DNA of 64,000 bases from an uncultured Lentisphaerales bacterium. Its GTDB lineage: Bacteria > Verrucomicrobiota > Lentisphaeria > JABSQK01 > UBA12247. Location: the NCBI GenBank assembly GCA_943788985.1, contig CALSSJ010000012.1, forward strand, positions 160,001-224,000. Reading direction: 5' to 3'. Every line of letters begins with the position of its first letter. Position 1 is the stretch's first letter. Under the pieces are notes generated by a model. It saw only the letters and a program-made list of their open reading frames with translations. It was not told the DNA's origin and made no database searches. This document shows, piece after piece, positions 1 through 8,431 of the stretch. Both the position numbers and the translations under genes were made by a program.

Positions 1-2
1 CT

Positions 3-1556
3 TCGCCCACTACGGCTCGGGTACCGTTGGTGTTTGCAAAGTCCAAAAACGTGGCAGGCATTACGGGGATGACGCCGATGTTGCGACAGGTCGATGGCCA
101 GCCACTCGGGATTCCGGTTCAGATTAGTAAGAACTGGCATTCCACAGCGGGCAAGAGATTTTTGTACCAAGGCCCGTGGTTTCAAGGCTATTCACTGCTT
201 ACGATTGAACCTGAGACGACCTTTGAGTGCGAGCTGACGATCGCGTACGCGCAGTGGGGAGGCGTGCCAGCAGCATCTCATGCTCAGCTCTGTCTGATCG
301 GCTACGGCGGGAATCAGCTCTGGGATCAGGCGGCTATCGGCAGCTATGGCGAAACCATCACCTATGATCCGGATGTGAATCTGGGGCGATCGATGATCGA
401 TGACGTGCGGCCACTCCTGCTAGAAGGTATGCACGAGGCAAAGTGGGGATGGACCAATAATGTGGGAGGTGGCGATTTTCTTGTCTATTTCAATGAGCGG
501 AATGAGAAGCAGTACCTCACGCGCATGAAGGCCTTTTATGAGCAGTACGGTCCGAACCTCACAAACGTGCATTACGCTGGTGTTAGCGCGGACGGGAAGA
601 TCAAGGCGCACATGAAGGTTTCTTCCCCTCGCTGTGACGACTTGAGCCGATCCTGTCACTGGTTTCGCTATGAGGTGAAGGAGCCCGTGGAGTTCTCGCG
701 CCTGGCTTTCTATCAACTAGGCGCAGACGGCTACAACAACCATCAGTTCAACCAGATGGCCTGGGGAGATAAAGATGGGCTGCGCGAGGAATGGACACCG
801 GGCAAAGGCGGCTTGGTCTATGAGCGTACCGGCCTGCAATGCGATGGCGACCAGATCTGGTTCTCACTTCATGACTCGCTACCGGGCCTAGCGCACAGCA
901 GCGGTTTCCGAGAGGCGACGGGCGCGTGGGCAAACCGCGGCCTGGTGGTCCGCTCGTGGTCGGCCCGATTAGGGGGCAAGGACGCACCTGTGCCATACGC
1001 ATCCGTATTTCTTACCGACGACCACATTGCCTCGGCAAACGTAGAGCTGAGTGCACCGCCGGATGTGGGCCGGCTCCTACCGGGAGACTACGTAGAGTGC
1101 GAAGTGGAGTTCCTCGTGCTACCCATCTGTGCGGAGCACTACTACGGCCCTAATGCGCCGCTCCGTGTATCCCTAGAGACAGCCGAGCATTCATGGGAAG
1201 CAGTGCAGCGCCAGGCGGCTGGCAACCAGTTGACAGTCACGGCTTCGCAGGGCACGGTGCTACACGGGAATCCAGTGACGATCCGCGTGGACGCTGCGGA
1301 TGGTGCAGAGTTCGAAATCAGAGGAGGTGTCAGCTACGTGCCGATCGTGATCGTCGGGCTGTCAGCACCCGACGGCTATCGGCTCCAGCTTGGCAAGGGA
1401 AACGGTGGCTGGACGGACTTTGATCAGTCGGTTCACGGCAATGACTTTTGGCAAACGGAGTACTGCGCGGCGCAGAGCATGTGGACCCGCGTTTATAATG
1501 TGGATCTGGGCACGCACGCAGGAGAGCAAGCGTTTCGCATAATGCGGGATGCGTGA
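3..1556 (+). CDS. Conserved hypothetical protein, 5'-truncated by the window; paralog of the C-terminal two-thirds of the next gene
   Basis: Frame is open back to the window edge. Shares blocks with 1642..4635: ITGMTPML/ITGLVPIL, QISKNWH/QVSKNWH, SHAQLCLIGYGGNQLWDQ/SHGQLSLVGYGGNQRWDQ, DQSVHGNDFWQT/DQAVHGNDFWQT. Confidence 0.85.
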   Translation, partial: SPTTARVPLVFAKSKNVAGITGMTPMLRQVDGQPLGIPVQISKNWHSTAGKRFLYQGPWFQGYSLLTIEPETTFECELTIAYAQWGGVPAASHAQLCLIGYGGNQLWDQAAIGSYGETITYDPDVNLGRSMIDDVRPLLLEGMHEAKWGWTNNVGGGDFLVYFNERNEKQYLTRMKAFYEQYGPNLTNVHYAGVSADGKIKAHMKVSSPRCDDLSRSCHWFRYEVKEPVEFSRLAFYQLGADGYNNHQFNQMAWGDKDGLREEWTPGKGGLVYERTGLQCDGDQIWFSLHDSLPGLAHSSGFREATGAWANRGLVVRSWSARLGGKDAPVPYASVFLTDDHIASANVELSAPPDVGRLLPGDYVECEVEFLVLPICAEHYYGPNAPLRVSLETAEHSWEAVQRQAAGNQLTVTASQGTVLHGNPVTIRVDAADGAEFEIRGGVSYVPIVIVGLSAPDGYRLQLGKGNGGWTDFDQSVHGNDFWQTEYCAAQSMWTRVYNVDLGTHAGEQAFRIMRDA

Positions 1557-1641
1557 ATTCTGCGGTGAAGCCGTTGCATTGCCCATGGTTGGGTTCATCA
1601 GTGGCGACTGAAACGATTTTCACTGGGCGTGACAAGGATTT

Positions 1642-4635
1642 ATGAAACGATTTTCGCTTATCGGCTATATGATTCTCTGCGCGGCACTGGCTGGCTGCCA
1701 GGCAGAGCAAGACCGTGTGCCCCCGGCAACGGTGAGCACTGTTGCGGATGAAGAGCCACCCAAGCTGGTTGCCGAGGACTTCTCGTATGGGTATTGGCTG
1801 AATGGTTGGCGAAAACCAGCTGATGACACGAGCGCGGATGTGCTGCGTATCGAGACCAATAAATATACCTTCGAGTACGACCTCGATCGCTTGGAGGAGC
1901 CCAGCTTTGGACTATTCGACAGAGCCGTTGGTTATTTAGCGAGTTTGGATACGGGAGAAGAGCGCCTGGAGAGCCTAGAACCCGCAGCGCTTACCGTCGC
2001 GATCAAGGTCGCGGGAAAGTCATACCGGGCAGTGTCGAGCCCGAAGAACCAGGCGTTGATGTGGGAATCCGGAAAACTGGCCCAGCATTTCGAGTTTCGT
2101 AGTCTCCGGTTCGAAGATGAGACTGGCGAGTTGCTCCCCGCGTTCGGTGCCCTGAGGCTGGTGGCCTGGCCAGACAGCCTTACTTTTTCGGCAGAATTTA
2201 TGCCAGACCTGATCTACGCGGATGGGGAGTCGGAGGGAGTCGTTGGCTCTGGCCTGTGCATTGTCAAGAAACCACTAGTGATCCCACATAGTCCTAAGTT
2301 AGAACCGGAAAAGCTGACGGTCGAATGTTGGCTCAAGATCCCGGAAAAAATGGACTCTAGTCGCTTCGGCTGGCTACTGTGTAAGAACCGAAATGAGAAC
2401 CAGATAGGCAACTACGGCTTCACGCTGCGCAGTGGGGCCACAGCCGTGATGAATAATCTGGGCGGCAGAGACAATCAGCACCACTTGAAGCAGCGCGGCA
2501 ATCTGGTCAAGGGAAAATGGCATCACCTAGCCCTTACCTATGATGGCAGAAAAATGGTTTTCTATGTGAATGGGCAACTACAAGATAGCAAGACCTTGAA
2601 CGAGAAGCGGCGGGTGGGCACTGGTTCGTTGCGGCTTGGCCAGCGCGCGGATGGCCGATCAGGCGTAACGGGCGGCTTATATGATCAAGTGCGAGTATGG
2701 AACCGCGCTTTGAGCGGGGCAGAGATTAGAGCCCACGCGCAGAGGCCAAAGGTCCTCAGAAACTCCAAGGGCTTGGTGCTCAACCAAGACTTTGAAACTG
2801 GAATCAAGTTCGAGCCAACTGTCTGGAATGATGTGACGCTGCGGCTGGATTTTACGCTCCCGGGCGGGCGGCGCCAGGATGAAGCCTTCATCAGCGGGCC
2901 GTGGCGGATGGGAGAGAAGAAGAGCCTGCACATTCGCTGCCCGGTGGGGAGTGAGGCACAGAGTGGGAAGAGCAAGCTGCAGATTGGTGTTTCGACACCG
3001 GGCGGTCAGCAGTTTCCTGTGCAATTCAACGATGTTCTGGGCTGCCACGTCGCGAGCGTGAAGAATCTGAAACGACGTTTTGCGGGCAAGTACGTGAAGA
3101 TCACCGACTATGATGTGTTCGACATCGTCGTTGACAGCGTAAGGGAGCGGACTGAGAAGGTACCATTTCTTTTGGATTTTCACGGACCTGCGAACATCAC
3201 CGGTCTCGTGCCGATTCTGTGCCAAGCTGATGGCACGCCTACTGGAATCCACATGCAAGTCAGTAAAAACTGGCATAAATCCGGGTTTGGAAACTATCTG
3301 CGCGCGTATGCGCTGCTGCCGGTTGAGCCCGGGGCGAATCAGTATCAGCTACGCATTCCCTACGGATTCTATGGATCGCTACCGTCTGCCAGCCATGGGC
3401 AGTTGTCCCTTGTTGGCTATGGCGGGAACCAGCGCTGGGATCAGTTGGCGCTGGCTTGTGGTGGCGAGTTGATCACGTTCGATCTGGATATGAGTTTAAC
3501 GGAGGTTGCGGTGTGTGACGTTCGTGTGGCGCTAGGGCGCAAGGGAAAGAACGGGAATGCTTGGGACTGGAGCGATGCTGGCTGGGGCGGTGACTGGCTA
3601 GGCCTTTTTGCTGGCAAGACAAAGCTGGCGTTCAGCGAAATGAAAACTGCATACCTCTCTCATGGGCCATGTCTGACGGATGTCGTATATAAGGGGGCGT
3701 ATGGCACGGACCGCAGTGTTTTGGTGGATGCGAGGGTTCAGCTCTCGCGCACGGATGACTACGGGCGGACATTCCAGACCCTGCAGTACCACTTCGAACA
3801 GCCGAACAGCGCGAAGGAGAGCTATTTTCTTAAGCGGCATGGGCGAGCATTTGACGGAACCGTCGCCTACGGGAATGCCGCCGGTTTGATCGCGGAGAAG
3901 CGTGTCACCAGTACGCTGAGAAAGGGGGATTTGCTGGTTGCGTCAGTTGAGTTGTCCGGCCCCGGTCCTTGGTGGGTGGCGTTTCCGGAGCGTGGCGCGG
4001 AGACAACTGGCTATGTTTCGCTAATCATTCGCGAATACGCGGCCTCTTTTGGCGATAGAACCAGCACCAATCCATCCTTGCGGGTCAGGGTTCAAGAGAT
4101 CCGAAAGGATCAGGCGAAGCTTGAAGCGCTCATCGTCCCGCCGAAGGGCGTCGAGACATTCAAACCTGGAGATTTTGTGATACTCGATAGCGAGTGGGTG
4201 CATCTGGTCACCGAAGCGGACAACTACGGGGGACCGAACGAGTTATATCGCCAGCATTTGCAGGAGAATCCCCGCTCCTGGAAGACGACCCACCGCGAGG
4301 CGGTCGGCAATGATCTCCAGATTGCGGTACGGGGGGGCGATCTGCTGCAGGAGTTACCGGTCGTAATTCGCGCTGAGTTGCCGGAAGTCACAGTGGATAT
4401 CAAGGGGGGGGTCGGATTCCTACCCATTCGTTTTGAGAACCTCGCGACTGCGGACGGCTATGCCATTTATGAAGTCGTGAGTGGAATGGAGGTCAAGCTC
4501 GACCAGGCCGTACATGGCAACGACTTCTGGCAGACGGACTACGACGGTGCTACGGACAGCTACAAGCTCAGCTTCAACCTCCCGGTCGATGGTAAGAGCA
4601 CCAGCACCTGGATTCTGAAGACGTCACTGCTCTGA
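1642..4635 (+). CDS. LamG-like jellyroll (concanavalin A-like) domain-containing predicted lipoprotein
   Basis: 997 aa; lipobox LAGC after a hydrophobic N-terminus; LamG motifs LTVECWLK, GKWHHLALTYDG, FYVNG, YDQVRVWNRALS; AAGGA upstream of ATG. Confidence 0.85.
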   Translation: MKRFSLIGYMILCAALAGCQAEQDRVPPATVSTVADEEPPKLVAEDFSYGYWLNGWRKPADDTSADVLRIETNKYTFEYDLDRLEEPSFGLFDRAVGYLASLDTGEERLESLEPAALTVAIKVAGKSYRAVSSPKNQALMWESGKLAQHFEFRSLRFEDETGELLPAFGALRLVAWPDSLTFSAEFMPDLIYADGESEGVVGSGLCIVKKPLVIPHSPKLEPEKLTVECWLKIPEKMDSSRFGWLLCKNRNENQIGNYGFTLRSGATAVMNNLGGRDNQHHLKQRGNLVKGKWHHLALTYDGRKMVFYVNGQLQDSKTLNEKRRVGTGSLRLGQRADGRSGVTGGLYDQVRVWNRALSGAEIRAHAQRPKVLRNSKGLVLNQDFETGIKFEPTVWNDVTLRLDFTLPGGRRQDEAFISGPWRMGEKKSLHIRCPVGSEAQSGKSKLQIGVSTPGGQQFPVQFNDVLGCHVASVKNLKRRFAGKYVKITDYDVFDIVVDSVRERTEKVPFLLDFHGPANITGLVPILCQADGTPTGIHMQVSKNWHKSGFGNYLRAYALLPVEPGANQYQLRIPYGFYGSLPSASHGQLSLVGYGGNQRWDQLALACGGELITFDLDMSLTEVAVCDVRVALGRKGKNGNAWDWSDAGWGGDWLGLFAGKTKLAFSEMKTAYLSHGPCLTDVVYKGAYGTDRSVLVDARVQLSRTDDYGRTFQTLQYHFEQPNSAKESYFLKRHGRAFDGTVAYGNAAGLIAEKRVTSTLRKGDLLVASVELSGPGPWWVAFPERGAETTGYVSLIIREYAASFGDRTSTNPSLRVRVQEIRKDQAKLEALIVPPKGVETFKPGDFVILDSEWVHLVTEADNYGGPNELYRQHLQENPRSWKTTHREAVGNDLQIAVRGGDLLQELPVVIRAELPEVTVDIKGGVGFLPIRFENLATADGYAIYEVVSGMEVKLDQAVHGNDFWQTDYDGATDSYKLSFNLPVDGKSTSTWILKTSLL

Positions 4636-4851
4636 GTATCTACTTACGCGTCGCAACGTGCAGACCGTGGCCTCGCCCTGATCGCAGGTAAACTCGAACT
4701 TCTCGCAGAAAACCAGCAGGCTCGCTGAGCGCTTCGAAGACTGCGGGGGCCAGGTCTGGCAAGCTATTTATTCTTCCAGCAGACTACGAAGCGGGGGATC
4801 AAATCACATGGCAGGCGGCAAGTATCGTCGGTGGGCTTGTGTGGTTAAGCG

Positions 4852-4921
4852 GCCGCAAAAGGACGCAAGGAACGCACAAGCAGGCCCGCTCTTTTCTGCG
4901 ATCTTTGCGTTCCTTCGCGGC
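4852..4921. repeat. REP-like imperfect inverted repeat (gccgcaaaaggacgcaaggaacgca ... tgcgatctttgcgttccttcgcggc)
   Basis: Arms are near reverse complements with internal ~9-bp periodicity; lies between convergent genes; a matching half-site occurs at 29301. Confidence 0.7.
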
Positions 4922-4975
4922 TATCCGTAGTTTGAATTTGAGTTGGCCCTTGCGGGGCAGAAAGAAGGCCTGCTG

Positions 4976-5671
4976 CTAGTGGAGGTCGAAGAGGCTGGGC
5001 TCTTGATGCGCTGGCTCGACGCAGCGCGGCCCGTTGTTCGCCGGGCGATTAACGAAGTTGGAAACTGGGTAGAACTGTAGGTCGTCAGATGCGGACTGTG
5101 CAAGTTCAGCGAGTAGCAGTTCGGGTGGCTCAGCGGGAGACAGCCAGCGTTTGTGTTGTTGTGGCGTGAGCAAGGCGGGCATGCGATTATGAATCTGCGC
5201 GAGCTTGGGAGCCGGCGGGCGCGTGATGATGGTGAAGCTGGAGACGGCATTCTCGCCGTGCTGCCAGCGGTCCCACAGCGCCGCAAAGCACAGCAATGGG
5301 GCCCGCTCTGAGGTAATGAAAAACGGGGTCTTGCCCGCAGGACTCTTCTGCCACTCGTAGTAGCCCTGCGCAACAGCGACGCAGCGCTTGCGCTGCACGA
5401 GGCTGCGATAAGCAGGCTTGGTCGTTAGCGTCTCAATCCGGGCATTGATCATCTTATAACCGACAGAGCGCGACTTCGCCCAGCGGGGAATCAGGCCCCA
5501 ATGCATGGGATGGAGGACTTGGCTCTCGTTCTCTTGGCGGAGGACCGCGGCGACCTGCGAGGGCGCTACGTTGTAGCTGGGAGCAAGTGGTGGCGCTGCA
5601 TCCCAATGCGACGCTTCGAATACTTCCATGATTTCAGCTGCTGTATGAGGCAGCGACATTCTTCCGCACAT
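4976..5671 (-). CDS. yedK: SOS response-associated peptidase (SRAP/HMCES family) abasic-site crosslinking protein
   Basis: N-terminal MCGR (catalytic Cys2), YNVAPSQ, WGLIP, INARIET, GYYEW, HNRMP motifs. Confidence 0.95.
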   Translation of the reverse strand: MCGRMSLPHTAAEIMEVFEASHWDAAPPLAPSYNVAPSQVAAVLRQENESQVLHPMHWGLIPRWAKSRSVGYKMINARIETLTTKPAYRSLVQRKRCVAVAQGYYEWQKSPAGKTPFFITSERAPLLCFAALWDRWQHGENAVSSFTIITRPPAPKLAQIHNRMPALLTPQQHKRWLSPAEPPELLLAELAQSASDDLQFYPVSNFVNRPANNGPRCVEPAHQEPSLFDLH

Positions 5672-5721
5672 TCTGAACTCGATTTAAGGCTGATCTCCGC
5701 GCGTGGTCGTACAGTAGGAGC

Positions 5722-6135
5722 ATGGCCAAGTGGAAACAAGTTCTCATTCTCAGCTCAATCATTTTGATTCCCATTCTCATGGGAGGCGGTCTGTTCGCGT
5801 GGTTCAAGATCTCCGCTACCAGGCATGCAGCCTTGTGGCAGGGCGTGGACATCAGCGACTGGGCCCCACTGGAGAGTGCAGAAGAGTTAGCGCGCGGTGC
5901 GCGGATTTACCGGCAATCCTGTCAAACCTGCCACGGTGTAGACGGCGTCGGGATTATCGGACCACCGCTGACGGATCCGAAATGGCGCGACAGCCTCGGC
6001 TTCCCGGCAATGGTAAACATCGTTCTTTCAGGAGTGGAAAAGACGCCGATGCCAGCGTGGAAAGGATCCATGGAACCGGAGTCGCTGCACGTCGTGGCGA
6101 GCTTCGCCTGGTCGCTGTCTGCCCCTGCGGAGTGA
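5722..6135 (+). CDS. Membrane-anchored monoheme c-type cytochrome (CcoP-like heme domain)
   Basis: N-terminal TM helix, CQTCH heme motif, GxGxIGPxL, distal MPAW Met ligand; AGGAG RBS. Confidence 0.85.
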   Translation: MAKWKQVLILSSIILIPILMGGGLFAWFKISATRHAALWQGVDISDWAPLESAEELARGARIYRQSCQTCHGVDGVGIIGPPLTDPKWRDSLGFPAMVNIVLSGVEKTPMPAWKGSMEPESLHVVASFAWSLSAPAE

Positions 6136-6229
6136 GCGCGGCGTCTTGATCGGCGGATCAAGCATCGTATTCATCAGCCATGTTCCTATCTTGAGGGCGC
6201 CTCTTAGTGCGGCATTGGACAGGCACAGG

Positions 6230-7028
6230 AAATTCGTCACAGGCTTTCTTTTTCTAGTTTTCGTTGCCTGGCCCCTCTTTGGTGAGAGCTTCACGGTGAT
6301 CGAGTGCAAGGGAACCGTCAAGAACAGCAATGGCGGGGCATGGGCTCCAGTGGCGCTGAAACAGGCATATGCCTATGGGACCAGAATTCCCACTGGTAGG
6401 CGTTCCCATGTGGAGTTTGAACTGTCATCTGCCAACACTGTGTTGGGGCTCGCCCGTGCCGAAGTTGCGATTACCGTAGATACGAATGATCTCAAGATCA
6501 AGCGGAGCAAGCTGACGCGAGGCACGGTGCAACTGAAACCTGGCCGGTGGCGTTGGAAGGTCGCGACAGCCTGTTTACCGATGTCACCATAGACCGATGG
6601 GCTGTAGAGTTCAGCTACGGGGGAGAGCCGGGGGCGCGTCTTTGGGTCTAGACGAAGGCGGAGAAATCGGCCCGGTTCGAAGCGACGTTGACTGAGGACA
6701 AGGGTGGCAAGCAGTGATCGCCTTCCGCATGATTCTTGGCGCAGCCAAGTTCCGTTTTCTAGGCGGCAATGAGGCGACCAAGGTCGTGAGGCCAAGCAGT
6801 GTTGCCGTTTACGAAGGGGCAGGGCAGGCCGCAGCAGGGGGCACCGCAGAAACTGTGTTAGCGCAAGTCAAGAAGAAGGTAACCGAGGCCAAAGAGGCGG
6901 CCCCTGAGAAGAGCCCCGAGGAGCAGGCAGCGGAAGGCTAGGACGCACGCAGGTCGCGGAAGGTCGCGCCACCAGCACCACCACAGGATCACGAGAATAT
7001 CGTGCCACAGAGTAACGGCGAAGAGTAA
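6230..7028 (+). pseudogene. Disrupted FecR-like domain protein
   Basis: VIECKGTV...W.P...TGRRSHVEFEL...L.RGTV resembles FecR beta-domains after a signal-like segment; the continuation is scattered over several frames with stops. Boundaries approximate. Confidence 0.4.
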
Positions 7029-7138
7029 GTCCGCAGGCTGACATAAGATATTCTCGCGGTCCCGCAGCCCCGGAGTTGCAACCGATGCGAGATTCAGCAC
7101 AGTACGTGCTTTCGAATTCCCCAACCGCGCGTCGTGAC

Positions 7139-7940
7139 ATGAAAATTTTTCGTTACCCCCGCTGATCGCCCCGTTGTGGCCATCGTGCTTGCGTTTTTTG
7201 CGTTGGACCTAGTCGTGTATTACTTCGCCCATGCGCCATGGATGGTCATCGCTTGGTTCTTCATCGGCATCTTCCATAAGGCGTGCATCTGTTCGTTCAA
7301 TCACCACCACCAGCACGTCCCGACGTTTCATCAGCCGATTCTAAACCGGCTGCTTGAGATTCCGTATGGATTTCTGACCGGCATCACTGGCCATGCCTGG
7401 TTCCTGCATCATGTCGTGGGGCACCACCGGCATTACAAGGATCAGGAAAAGGACGAATCTGCCTGGAAGCGCGAAGACGGCAGCACCATGGGCGAGGTCG
7501 AGTACGCCTTCAAAATCGCGGCGACTGGGTACCCTCGGGCAGCCACCGCGCGCAATGGCAAGTTTGCTCACCGTGTGCAGTTCGCGACGATGGTCGTGAT
7601 TCAACTCATCTTGCTCACAGGGCTGTTCTGGTACAACTGGCTGAACGCCTTGTTTGTATTTTTACTGCCGATGGCGTTGTCTCTGTTTATCACTGCCTGG
7701 CATACCTACTTCCACCATGCTGGCTTGGACACCCAGGACGACTACGAGGCCTCGCACAACATCGTGCACAAGTGGTACAACATCCTGACCGGAAATCTCG
7801 GCTATCACACGGCCCATCACATTCGTGGCGGCATGCACTGGTCCAAGCTGCCGGAGTTCCACAAGACCATTGCCGAGAAGATTCCAGAGCGTCTCTATCA
7901 TGCTCCCTGCATCCCGTTCCGCTGGATGCCGAGCAAGTAG
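7139..7940 (+). CDS. Fatty acid desaturase family protein (apparent 1-bp insertion in C5 run at 7156-7160)
   Basis: His boxes NHHHQH, HHVVGHH, HTAHH plus TM segments. Removing one C joins ATG7139 (MKIFRYP) in frame to ADRPVVAIV and the 7176..7940 ORF. Confidence 0.85.
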
Positions 7941-7974
7941 ACTGGCGCGTCGGCCAGATCTGCAGTTTTGGGTG

Positions 7975-8254
7975 TAGTGCCCGCGCGGAATTAGCAATAC
8001 ATTTTGGCGGCGGCAGCGCCGAGTGGTCAGGTGCCAGGCGCGTGGAGCCGCGCGTACCCACAGGCACCTGTGCGACATGCAACGCCGCAGATGGCCGTTT
8101 TGCTGCCCCACCCCGAAGGACTGTGGCCCTTTTGCTCCCCGTCTGCGTTGCTGCGCTCGGGACAAACCATAGGGTATGCTCACTCACTTGTGCCTTGCCC
8201 GAAAACAAAATGGCCAGTAGCAAAATGTAACGTTATTTCCAAGCGGGTCCTGAG
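7975..8254 (+). mobile_element. MITE-like element, family A copy 1
   Basis: Imperfect terminal inverted repeats (gcccgcgcggaattagcaatacattttg / caaaatgtaacgttatttccaagcgggtc); ends and internal blocks match 56043..56204 in reverse orientation. Confidence 0.7.
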
Positions 8255-8431
8255 CAGGGCTTCAAAAGAATCGGCTCGAGTCGATCCCATCGACAGCGGT
8301 CGACTCGAGTCGAGTTTTCCGATCTCCCGGGCTGCGAGCAGCCTTCAAGGGAACGAATTGCTGTGAACCGGTTTCCGATTCGCGGCTGTACCCGTACAGT
8401 TCTACTCCCTCCTCATCGTTCAGGATAGTGT

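Noticed and set aside
5722..6135. cbb3 oxidase operon (ccoP)
   Set aside because: Single-heme small protein with no ccoN/O/Q nearby.
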